From assembly GCA_963792585.1 (NCBI GenBank), contig CAWBWI010000006.1, positions 320,001-384,000 of the forward strand: a stretch of DNA of 64,000 bases, read 5' to 3'. Below, in pieces: positions 9,803-17,795 of the stretch. The stretch is from Candidatus Eiseniibacteriota bacterium. Lineage in GTDB: Bacteria; Eisenbacteria; RBG-16-71-46; CAIMUX01; VGJL01. A program made the translations under genes and the position numbers. The notes under the pieces are model-generated. The model had not been told where the DNA came from. It did not search any database and saw nothing but the letters and a program-made list of their open reading frames with translations. Position 1 is the first letter of the stretch; each line of letters begins with the position of its first letter.

Positions 9803-10534
9803 TCAGCCTTCCAGGAGCTTGCGCGTCCGATCGAGGTGCCGGATATCGAGGTCCGCTGGATGCGCGGCGAGCAGGCGCGCGATCGTGCGCGGGGCCCGCG
9901 CCGCATAGTATAGGAGCGCGCGGCCGAGGACCGGGCGGACCCAGGCGTGGGGTTCCGGGTCATCGAGGAGCAACCGCAATACCGGGATCGCCCGCGCCGC
10001 CGTCACGCCCCGCGAACCCCGGGGTCCACGGTGGGGGAGCAGCGCGGCGGCCGCGATCCTCCTTCGCATCGGGTTCGGACTGAGCGCCCAGGACGCATGC
10101 TTGGCCATCATGTTCGGGCTCTTCGCGAGCATGCGGCCCTGGATCCGCGCGAGACGATCGGCCGACCAGGGGTGACGCAGGTCGCGCGAGATGGCCGACA
10201 CCGTCTCGATCGCCCAATCGCGCCAGATGTCGCACAGACGATCGAGGATCTCGAGCCCCAGCATCTGCTCGTCGTGGTAGCGACCCCGCAGAAGATCGAG
10301 GATGACCAACCGGGCGGCGCCGGCGTTGCCGTTACGAACGAGCGAGGAGGCGGCACGAAGACCGAGACGGCGGATCGCCCGGCGGGGTACGCCCGCGTGT
10401 ACGAACCCGTCTCCGGAACGTTCGCGCCGGGACGCCGCGCGGGGAAAGCTCGCACGGCGCAGGAGCGCCCGCCTCAGATCGATCGCGGACCAGGCGAGGG
10501 AGGGTCCGCGCGCCGCATCCTGTTCGTCACGCAT
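9803..10534 (-). CDS. DNA alkylation repair (AlkD-like, HEAT-like repeat) protein, divergent
   Basis: GV....IR.L, YHDEQ, W..D, W..SPNP.RRR, L.D....V...LG.AL pattern of the AlkD family. Confidence 0.6.
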   Translation of the reverse strand: MRDEQDAARGPSLAWSAIDLRRALLRRASFPRAASRRERSGDGFVHAGVPRRAIRRLGLRAASSLVRNGNAGAARLVILDLLRGRYHDEQMLGLEILDRLCDIWRDWAIETVSAISRDLRHPWSADRLARIQGRMLAKSPNMMAKHASWALSPNPMRRRIAAAALLPHRGPRGSRGVTAARAIPVLRLLLDDPEPHAWVRPVLGRALLYYAARAPRTIARLLAAHPADLDIRHLDRTRKLLEG

Positions 10535-10677
10535 GCATCTATTCTCGCCGATGCTCGCGCAGTCGAGAAGCGGAAACCGTTCGGTCCGGAGATTCCCATC
10601 GTCCCGTGAGGCACCGTTTCGGCGCGACCAGAACTTGCGCGAGATGGACTCTTCGCTTGACAACCGAATCCCGGCGG

Positions 10678-11886
10678 CTACTGCTTGCCGGGTCGCGCCC
10701 GCAGCCACTCCTGAACGCGAAGCTCGACGCGGGAGAGGGTCGCCATCGCCCGCCGGGAACTCTCCACGCTCTGACCGGGCGAGGACGCGAACGCGCGCAG
10801 GGCCCGCATGAGTTCCCCTGGTTCGACGGGCGGTCCGAAGCGGGATTCGCGATCGGCGAGTTCGAGCGCCGTTGTGCGCAGGAGCGGATCACCGCCGTCG
10901 AGGCTTTCGACCAGGGTCGGTTCCAGGATCCGCGTATAGGACCAGAGCCGTTGGTAACGATTCTTCTCCGTGCGATTGGCCACCTGCGCCGTGGAATCGC
11001 GGATTCCGGTCGTCGCGTCCCCGTACGCTTCGAGCAGATCGCGCATCGCGCGCGGATCGGCCGTGCTGCAGACGGCTTCGAGCGCGCGCAGCTTGAAATC
11101 GGCGTCGCCGCTGCGCTCGTAGAATCGATGGATGCGATCATATCCGGCCCGGCCGGATCTCGTCGCATAGGCATTGAGGAGACGGGTCGGAGGGAACTCG
11201 GCGCCCGCCTGGAAACGGTCGATGAGATCCGAGAGCAATCCCGTCACGCGCGGATCGCGCGATTCCCCCGCCATCGCGATTCCAGCCTCCCGCTCCTTCG
11301 GATCGGCCGAGTCGATCCTCGAACGAATCCCCTCGAGAACCCGGTCGGCGGAGGAGAGGTATGCCGAGGCTTTCTCCAGCTGGCCGCGCAGCTCGTCGCC
11401 ATACGCGGCCCGATCAGCCAGGGCCAGCATGGCCTCCCCGAGGTTATCCCCCTCCTCGGCCGTGAACGCGTCCCGATTGCGGAAGACGGCCTGAATGGCC
11501 GTACCGTGGCACGGCATCCCGAGCGTGACGTCGCGGAACATCGAGGCGAGTTCCCCGGCCCCCGGCGGCAGAAGGGCGAATCGCGCACGGAGGAACGCGG
11601 CGCCGTCGACCCCCAGCCGAGTGTCCTGCGCGCACTCGCGGCAGATGACCGCGATGTCGGAGGCGTCGAACCGGCGCATGAACTCCTTCGAACGTTCGTG
11701 ACGCCGCGTCTCGCTGAAGGTCGACCAGGTGCGGAGGGAATCCCGCCACGCCACGAGGGCTTCCTGGAGGTTTGGAGCGGAGGCCCCGGCGTGTGCGGGA
11801 TGTCCCGCGGCCGAGAAACCACTGAGCATGGAAATCGCGATCCCGATGGCTGCGGCCCGTCTCGCGATCTTCCGCGCGAATCCCAT
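10678..11886 (-). CDS. Hypothetical secreted helical (HEAT-like) protein
   Basis: RBS GGAGG before the ATG at 11886; signal-peptide-like N-terminus; HEAT-like segments (D.D.KLRALEAV, DPLLRTTALELA). Confidence 0.6.
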   Translation of the reverse strand: MGFARKIARRAAAIGIAISMLSGFSAAGHPAHAGASAPNLQEALVAWRDSLRTWSTFSETRRHERSKEFMRRFDASDIAVICRECAQDTRLGVDGAAFLRARFALLPPGAGELASMFRDVTLGMPCHGTAIQAVFRNRDAFTAEEGDNLGEAMLALADRAAYGDELRGQLEKASAYLSSADRVLEGIRSRIDSADPKEREAGIAMAGESRDPRVTGLLSDLIDRFQAGAEFPPTRLLNAYATRSGRAGYDRIHRFYERSGDADFKLRALEAVCSTADPRAMRDLLEAYGDATTGIRDSTAQVANRTEKNRYQRLWSYTRILEPTLVESLDGGDPLLRTTALELADRESRFGPPVEPGELMRALRAFASSPGQSVESSRRAMATLSRVELRVQEWLRARPGKQ

Positions 11887-12048
11887 CGATCCTCCTCTGG
11901 TTGCGGACGCGGGGGTACGGTGCCATGCGGTCGCGCCCCGCCTCCTGCGGCGCGGCGTCGACGCCTCGCGCCAGAATATCATGGCGCGTTGTGGTCCGAT
12001 CCCGTCCGCCGTACGATGGGGCGCCGGATCAATGGAGGAGGCAGTGCC

Positions 12049-13980
12049 ATGCGCATCTTCACATGTGCAGCGATCGGTCTTGGTCTCCTCAGCCAGGGGA
12101 TCGCCGTGATCGGACCCGTTTCCGCGGACACCGTCGATCCGACGCGCGAGGAGGCCGTGATCCTCCGTTGCGAAGACGGCCGGGATCCGGATGCCGGGCT
12201 GGGCGGGCTTCTCGTCGGACCCGATCCGGTGATGCGCGCGCGGGCGGCGCTCGCCTTGGGGCGGATCGGGCGTGCGGAATCGATCCCGCTCCTGGAAAGC
12301 TTGCTGCGCGATCCCGAGCCCCATGTGCGGTCGAGCGCCGCCTTCGCGCTCGGTGAGATCGAGGACAGCGCCGCCGCCGTCCCCCTCGCGCGTTCCATCG
12401 AGGACCGAGGGGAGGTCGATTCGCACGTGCGGGCCCTGGCGGTCGAGGGACTCGGCAAGCGCGCGGTTTCGCGGTATGCGGGACTCGTCGTCGCCGCGCT
12501 GGACGATCCCTCGGAGGAGGTGCGCGAGGCGGCCTGCCTCGCCTCCTGGCAGATTCGCGCGGTCGGTGCATGCCCGCGTCTCTGCGCGCTTGCGGACGGT
12601 CCCGCGGGAGAATTGAGATGGAAGGCGACCTATGCGCTGATGCGGATGCTCGGCACTCCCCCGGCGGGGCGGACCGCCGTCGCCGGCGCGACGGATCTGA
12701 GCGGGGATGATCGCGCCGCGATTCGTAGCATCCTGATCCGCAGATCCGGCGGGAGCGAGGAGGCGCGCGTTCGACTCGCAGCCATACGCGGCCTGGGGAG
12801 GTTCGACGACGGAGATGCCCAGGGAGCGGTTCGCGCCGCGTTGGCGGATCCGGACGGCAGGGCGCGTGTCGAGGCGATCCGCGCGGCCGCTGCGACGACG
12901 CCACTCGATACGGTCGCTCCCCTTCTCGAGGATCCGGACACCAACGTGCGCGTCACGGCCATCGAAGCGCTCGGCAGGATCGGGGATGCGGATCGCGCCG
13001 TCGCCCTGCTTCGCCGGAATCTCGAATCGCCTGTCGGGCGGGAGCGCGAGGTCGCAGCACTCGCCCTCGCGACGCGGTGGCACGCCGCGATCGAGAAGGG
13101 GGAGCCGCCAGCTGCCGATCGGGCTCGCGGAGAGCTGACGGCCCTGGCAGCCCGCTTGTTGCGCAGCGAGGCGTGGACCGAGCGCGGGATCGCCGCCTCC
13201 GTTCTCGACGGGGTACCCGATTCCTCGCTCTGGACGGGAATCCTGCGCGACGATCCGCGCGTCGCACTGCAAGCGGTCGAACCGTGGGTTCGCACCCTCG
13301 CAGGCGCCCCGGGAGGCGGGGACTCGACCCTGAGCATGCTTCGGGACGACATCGCGCGCCTCCTGTCCTCGAGCGACTCCGTGCTGCGGGCCGGCGTCTT
13401 CGAGGCGATCTCCGTGTGGGCGGGAGATTCGACGGCGGCGGCGCGTATCCTCACGGGGCTAGGGTTGAATATCCCCACCACGCGTTCCGATCCTCCGGCG
13501 CGCACGCTCCCGATCGGCGACTACGAGACCATTCTGCAGTGGGCGAGGAAGGACCGGCGGGTGGAGGTCGTGACGGAGAAGGGGTCGATCTTGCTTCGGC
13601 TCTTCACGCAGGATGCCCCCCTCACATGCTGGAACTTCGTCCGGCTCGCCGATTCGGGTTTCTACGATCGGGGGAGGTGGCATCGAATCGTCCCCGATTT
13701 CGTCGTGCAGGACGGCTGTCCGCGTGGGGACGGTTCGGGTGGACCCGGGTACACGATTCGATGCGAGATCAACGAGCGCCGATTCTCTCAGGGAGCTCTT
13801 GGGATGGCGCTGTCGGGAACGGACACCGGCGGAAGCCAGTTCTTCATCACCCATTCGCCCCAGCCGCATCTCGACGGCCGGTACACGGTGTTCGGGGAGG
13901 TGATTGGCGGGGGTGACGTGGTGAGTCGCCTCGTGCAAGGGGATCGCATCGAGTCTGTCCGCTCCGTTCCGATGGAGTGA
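12049..13980 (+). CDS. HEAT-repeat protein with C-terminal cyclophilin-type peptidyl-prolyl isomerase
   Basis: RBS GGAGG; signal peptide; multiple DP...VR..AA.ALG repeats; C-terminal FYD...WHRIVPDFVVQDG.PRGDG.GGPG...GSQFFI..QPHLDGRYTVFG. Confidence 0.9.
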   Translation: MRIFTCAAIGLGLLSQGIAVIGPVSADTVDPTREEAVILRCEDGRDPDAGLGGLLVGPDPVMRARAALALGRIGRAESIPLLESLLRDPEPHVRSSAAFALGEIEDSAAAVPLARSIEDRGEVDSHVRALAVEGLGKRAVSRYAGLVVAALDDPSEEVREAACLASWQIRAVGACPRLCALADGPAGELRWKATYALMRMLGTPPAGRTAVAGATDLSGDDRAAIRSILIRRSGGSEEARVRLAAIRGLGRFDDGDAQGAVRAALADPDGRARVEAIRAAAATTPLDTVAPLLEDPDTNVRVTAIEALGRIGDADRAVALLRRNLESPVGREREVAALALATRWHAAIEKGEPPAADRARGELTALAARLLRSEAWTERGIAASVLDGVPDSSLWTGILRDDPRVALQAVEPWVRTLAGAPGGGDSTLSMLRDDIARLLSSSDSVLRAGVFEAISVWAGDSTAAARILTGLGLNIPTTRSDPPARTLPIGDYETILQWARKDRRVEVVTEKGSILLRLFTQDAPLTCWNFVRLADSGFYDRGRWHRIVPDFVVQDGCPRGDGSGGPGYTIRCEINERRFSQGALGMALSGTDTGGSQFFITHSPQPHLDGRYTVFGEVIGGGDVVSRLVQGDRIESVRSVPME

Positions 13981-14145
13981 GACGCAATGCGGAGGCTTAA
14001 TTCACTGCAGGGTCTACGGTTACGGGGACTTCCCTTCCATCGGATGGCTGTGCGCGCGGAGCCGCCCGTAGGACCGGGAAGCAACTCCCCCCAACACGTC
14101 AAGTTGCGGATGACGGCCACGTTGGCGAGGACCTAAGATCCCGTC

Positions 14146-15678
14146 GTGAGGTCGCGCATCTTCCGTTTGGTCTGGGTCTGCCCCCTGTGGGCGTTGCTCG
14201 TGGGCGCGGGGTCCGACGTCTCCCGCTCCGCCGGTCTCGACGCCGGACGCTTCTACAAGGCGTTCATGGATACGGAGACCCTCGAGGAGAGACGGAGCCT
14301 CTGCGGGCAAATCGATCCGACCGCCGTCGCTCCCTATCTCCTGATCTTCTGCCAAGGTCTCGACGCCATCGATGCGGGCAGCGACAGCCTCGCCGCGAAA
14401 CTGATGCAGGAATCGCTGCGGCAACAGCCCGATTTCACGCTTGGCTGTGTGGCCTTCGGGGATGCCTACGCGGAACGGCATGAGTGGCGCGTCGCCCTCC
14501 GCTGGTATGGAGAAGCCCATCGGATCGCTCCTGATCGCCTGGACCCCCACTACGGGACCGGCCAGGCCTGGCTCGCTCTCGGCGAGACCGAGGGCCAACC
14601 GGCCTACGAGAAGGCGCTCCAAGCCTTCCGGGAGATGACCCGGATCGACCCCTCCAGCACGGACGGATGGACATGCGTCGGAGGAACCCTCGCGATGCTC
14701 GAGCGCTACGAGGAGGCGGAGGCGAGCTACCGCAAGGCGCTCGCGCTCGCGCCCGACGAGCCGCAAATCTACGAGGCTCTGGGCTCCGTGGCCTCGCGGC
14801 GCGGCGATGATGCGGCGGCCGAGGATGCTTGGCAGAAGGCGTTGCAGATCGATCCGGCCGACGCTCCCGCCGCCGTCGAGCTCGCCTCGCTCTACGGTCG
14901 CCAGGGCCGGCTGGACGACGCGGGCCGCACGCTCGAAGCCGGGGTCCAGGCCGCCCATGTCGGACCGGATGCCGGGCGACTCCGCCGTGACCTTGGCTTG
15001 GTGAACCTGCTCCAGCAGCAGGAGGCACGGGCCACCACGCTCCTGGAAGAGGCAAGCGTGCTTCGCCCGGACGCGCGCACCCTGGCGGCGCTCGGCCATG
15101 CGCGCATGCTCGCGGACAGGAAAGCCGATGCGCTCGCGGTCTTCGCGGATGCGGCCGAGAAGGATTCGGCCGCCGTCGCACCGTTCGTTCTCGCCTGGAG
15201 TGAGGCACTAGCGCCGTTATTGGGCGTGACGCGCTCCGATGGTCCGGCAGGGATGGCGATCGTGCGGGCGATCCTCGCGAAGGGCCGCGAGGCGAACGGC
15301 GCAAGGGAGCGCGAGGCGACCTCCTCGCTCGTGCGCCTGCTGCTTCCCGACTGGAAGATTCCCGACGGGCGCCTCGGCGCCACGCCGCAGGCCGACACCG
15401 GGAACGGCTACGACACGCCCCCGACGCCCATCTACCGCGCCCTCGCCACCTATCCCGACACGGCCGTCGGTATCGAGGGAACGATCTACGTGCGAGTTCA
15501 AATCGACGCTCGGGGCGAGGTGACGGAGGCGAAGGTTTCGCGCGGCGGGAATCCGGCGCTCGAGTGGGCGGCGCTCGACGCCGCCAAGCGTTGGCGGTTC
15601 GAGCCCGCGCTCCGCAATGGGATTCCGGTCGCCTCGGACGTCGAGATACCCTTCCGCTTCTCCAGCAGTTCCCATTAG
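14146..15678 (+). CDS. TPR-repeat protein with C-terminal TonB domain
   Basis: Signal peptide; TPRs (YRKALALAPD, WQKALQIDP); TonB_C: YP..A..IEG.V.V...ID..G.V....AALDAAKRWRFEPA..NG.PV. Confidence 0.85.
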   Translation: MRSRIFRLVWVCPLWALLVGAGSDVSRSAGLDAGRFYKAFMDTETLEERRSLCGQIDPTAVAPYLLIFCQGLDAIDAGSDSLAAKLMQESLRQQPDFTLGCVAFGDAYAERHEWRVALRWYGEAHRIAPDRLDPHYGTGQAWLALGETEGQPAYEKALQAFREMTRIDPSSTDGWTCVGGTLAMLERYEEAEASYRKALALAPDEPQIYEALGSVASRRGDDAAAEDAWQKALQIDPADAPAAVELASLYGRQGRLDDAGRTLEAGVQAAHVGPDAGRLRRDLGLVNLLQQQEARATTLLEEASVLRPDARTLAALGHARMLADRKADALAVFADAAEKDSAAVAPFVLAWSEALAPLLGVTRSDGPAGMAIVRAILAKGREANGAREREATSSLVRLLLPDWKIPDGRLGATPQADTGNGYDTPPTPIYRALATYPDTAVGIEGTIYVRVQIDARGEVTEAKVSRGGNPALEWAALDAAKRWRFEPALRNGIPVASDVEIPFRFSSSSH

Positions 15679-15684
15679 ATCGAA
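15676..15684. repeat. Left target-site duplication TAGATCGAA
   Basis: Identical 9-mer at 17057-17065; each copy directly abuts an IR. Confidence 0.9.
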
Positions 15685-15772
15685 GGTTGTGGTTCCTAGA
15701 TTGGTGTTTGCGAGCGCCGCCCGCACGACGGTGCTCCGTGGTGTGGCACGCCCTTGGCCTCTCCTTCGCCTC

Positions 15773-16921
15773 GTGTCCAGACGACGTACATCCCTCCACC
15801 AGGTCCATGGGACCTGCCGCCCGCCCCATTGCCCCAACTCCGCCTGCAATTTCTACACACCCCGTCCCGATTGGCGCCCGGCCTACGACGGTTTCTTCCG
15901 TCGGCCTTCCGACGGGCGCCTCTTCCAACGCTTCCGATGCCCCCATTGCGGCCGCCGATTCTCGTCTCGAACCTTCGCCGCTGACTACTGGCTCAAACAC
16001 AGGAGTCTCTTCTGCGACATCGCCCGACTTTCTGCCGAAGGACCCGGTCTCCGTCAGATCGCGCGTCTCCTCGGCGTCTCCCACACGACCGTCCTGCGCC
16101 ACATCGCCCGTGCCGGCCGCCACTGCATGCTCTTCCACCGTCAGATGCTGGTCGAGTACCGGACCGCAGAGCCCATCGTCATCGACGGATTCGAGTCCTT
16201 CGAGTTCTCCCAGTACTTTCCCTTTCACATCAACCTCGCCGTCGATGCCCGGAGTTGGTTCATCTTCCACTTCACCGACAGCCCTTTGCGACGCAAGGGG
16301 ACCATGAGACCCGAGCAACGGCTTCGCAGGGAGCATCTGGAAGCCCAACTGGGCCGCCCCGATCCCAAGGCGGTCGAGAAAGGCGTCTTCGACCTACTCC
16401 GGTCCGTTCTGGAGGATCCATCCTCGAGGAGCGACCGGGAGCAACTCATCCACAGCGATGACCATCCCGCCTATCGCCGCGCGCTCCTTCGCCTCCGCAG
16501 ACTTCCGGAGTTCCCACAAGTGCGGCATCAGATCACTCCGTCGACCGAGCGTCGAACCACGCGCAATCCGCTCTTCCCCGTCAACCTGACCGACCTGCTC
16601 CTTCGACATGGTCAGGCCAACCACCGCCGGGAGACCATCGCATTCAGCAAGCGGCGGCAGGCGGCGATCGAGCGGCTGGCGATTTTCACGGTGTGGCGCA
16701 ATGCCATCAAGAGCCGGAGAGAGAAGGCACCGGGGGAGACCGCTGCCATGGCCGTTGGGATCCTATCGAGGCCTTTGAGGTGGGCAGAGGTCTTTGCGGA
16801 TCGGTCATTCCCCAGGAAAGAAGTCCTACCCGGGCCCTGGTGGTCCTACTACTGGAGGCGGGTCCGAACGGTGGCGCTGGGTCCAAGTCAAAGGGGACAC
16901 CAGCTCAAGTATGCATTCTGA
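15773..16921 (+). CDS. Transposase (Zn-ribbon + HTH + RNase H-like DDE-type domain)
   Basis: CPNSAC...QRFRCPHCGRRF zinc ribbon; GLRQIARLLGVSHTTV HTH; IVIDGFE; IHSDDHPAY; RETIAFSKR. Start uncertain (GTG 15743 or 15773); the ORF-track start at 15617 lies outside the IS. Confidence 0.88.
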   Translation: MSRRRTSLHQVHGTCRPPHCPNSACNFYTPRPDWRPAYDGFFRRPSDGRLFQRFRCPHCGRRFSSRTFAADYWLKHRSLFCDIARLSAEGPGLRQIARLLGVSHTTVLRHIARAGRHCMLFHRQMLVEYRTAEPIVIDGFESFEFSQYFPFHINLAVDARSWFIFHFTDSPLRRKGTMRPEQRLRREHLEAQLGRPDPKAVEKGVFDLLRSVLEDPSSRSDREQLIHSDDHPAYRRALLRLRRLPEFPQVRHQITPSTERRTTRNPLFPVNLTDLLLRHGQANHRRETIAFSKRRQAAIERLAIFTVWRNAIKSRREKAPGETAAMAVGILSRPLRWAEVFADRSFPRKEVLPGPWWSYYWRRVRTVALGPSQRGHQLKYAF

Positions 16922-16930
16922 GAAGAACTG

Positions 16931-16963
16931 GAGTGGTTCGGCACGGGCGAAGCCGGACCACTC
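16931..16963 (+). terminator. Hairpin after the transposase stop, inside the IS
   Basis: GAGTGGTTCGGC / GCCGGACCACTC stem. Confidence 0.5.
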
Positions 16964-17056
16964 TCCGCTCAACTTCCTGTCACGGTCGTTTCCGCAAGAG
17001 CCGAAGGGGTGGCCGTTGCTTCGTCAGCTGCATCCACCAATCTCCGCACCACAACC

Positions 17057-17065
17057 TAGATCGAA
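17057..17065. repeat. Right target-site duplication TAGATCGAA
   Basis: Identical to 15676-15684. Confidence 0.9.
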
Positions 17066-17153
17066 GGGCGGCGGAGCGCCCGATCGGCGGGAAGCGGATC
17101 GCGCCTTCGGCTCTCGCCCGTACGCCTGTGCGCAAGCGCGGGCAGAGCCGGCT

Positions 17154-17615
17154 CTACGCGGCCCTGTGGAGAATCTCGGGGGCGATCGAGCAGAGGGCGT
17201 CGTACTGGAGGCGCATCGTTGCGTAGAGATCCGCGGCCCCGGTCAGATTCCCCGACCGCCCCTTCTCCTCGAGCGTGCAGGCGAGGGCGCCGAGTCCGTC
17301 GATGCCGAGGTTGAGGCTGCTGCCCTTCACGCGATGGGCCAGCCGTTCACATGCCTTCGCGTCGCCGGCATGGACCGCGCGACCCAACTCGTCCAAGGAT
17401 TGCCCGGCGTCATAGACGAAGACGTCGATCACCTCTTGGGCCATATCGAGGTCATCGAGCAGACCAAGGATCTCGAGCCTTTCCATGATCCGTTGGGGCG
17501 CGATCGTGACCGGGGTCGCCGCCCCGCCGTCCCCGTTGACCTCGGGGTTCCGATGCTGCTGGGTTTCCTGCCGCGCCGCGCTCGGACTGCTCACATGTTC
17601 CGACTCCTCAACCAT
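17154..17615 (-). CDS. Stand-alone Hpt (histidine phosphotransfer) protein
   Basis: AHRVKGSSLNLG...LA..LE Hpt signature. Confidence 0.88.
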   Translation of the reverse strand: MVEESEHVSSPSAARQETQQHRNPEVNGDGGAATPVTIAPQRIMERLEILGLLDDLDMAQEVIDVFVYDAGQSLDELGRAVHAGDAKACERLAHRVKGSSLNLGIDGLGALACTLEEKGRSGNLTGAADLYATMRLQYDALCSIAPEILHRAA

Positions 17616-17739
17616 CTGGATCGTCCCCCTTGGGCCGTGGTGTCGCCCCGCTTATGTGGTTGGACGGCCGTTCGAAGTATCGTATCGGGTCCTCCAAATG
17701 CCGACTTGAGGCGGCACGAGTTCGGCGCCGCGGGGGAAA

Positions 17740-17769
17740 GGCCCCCTGCGGATTTTTCCGCAGGGGGCC
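17740..17769 (-). terminator. Terminator hairpin after the S8 peptidase
   Basis: Perfect 13-bp stem GGCCCCCTGCGGA / TCCGCAGGGGGCC, followed by TTT on the minus strand. Confidence 0.75.
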
Positions 17770-17795
17770 CCGCTCCCGTGAGAAGAACGAACCGG

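Larger units (their letters stand above)
15685..17056 (+). mobile_element. Complete insertion sequence (IS1/IS1595-like), 1372 bp
   Basis: Left IR GGTTGTGGTTCCTAGATTGGTG (15685-15706) matches the reverse complement of the right IR, GGTTGTGGTGCGGAGATTGGTG (17035-17056), at 18/22; direct repeat TAGATCGAA at 15676-15684 and 17057-17065; contains a transposase. Confidence 0.93.

Noticed and set aside
10606..12048. 481-aa N-terminal extension of the HEAT-cyclophilin ORF
   Set aside because: Antisense shadow of the minus-strand gene 10678-11886; the real start with RBS and signal peptide is 12049
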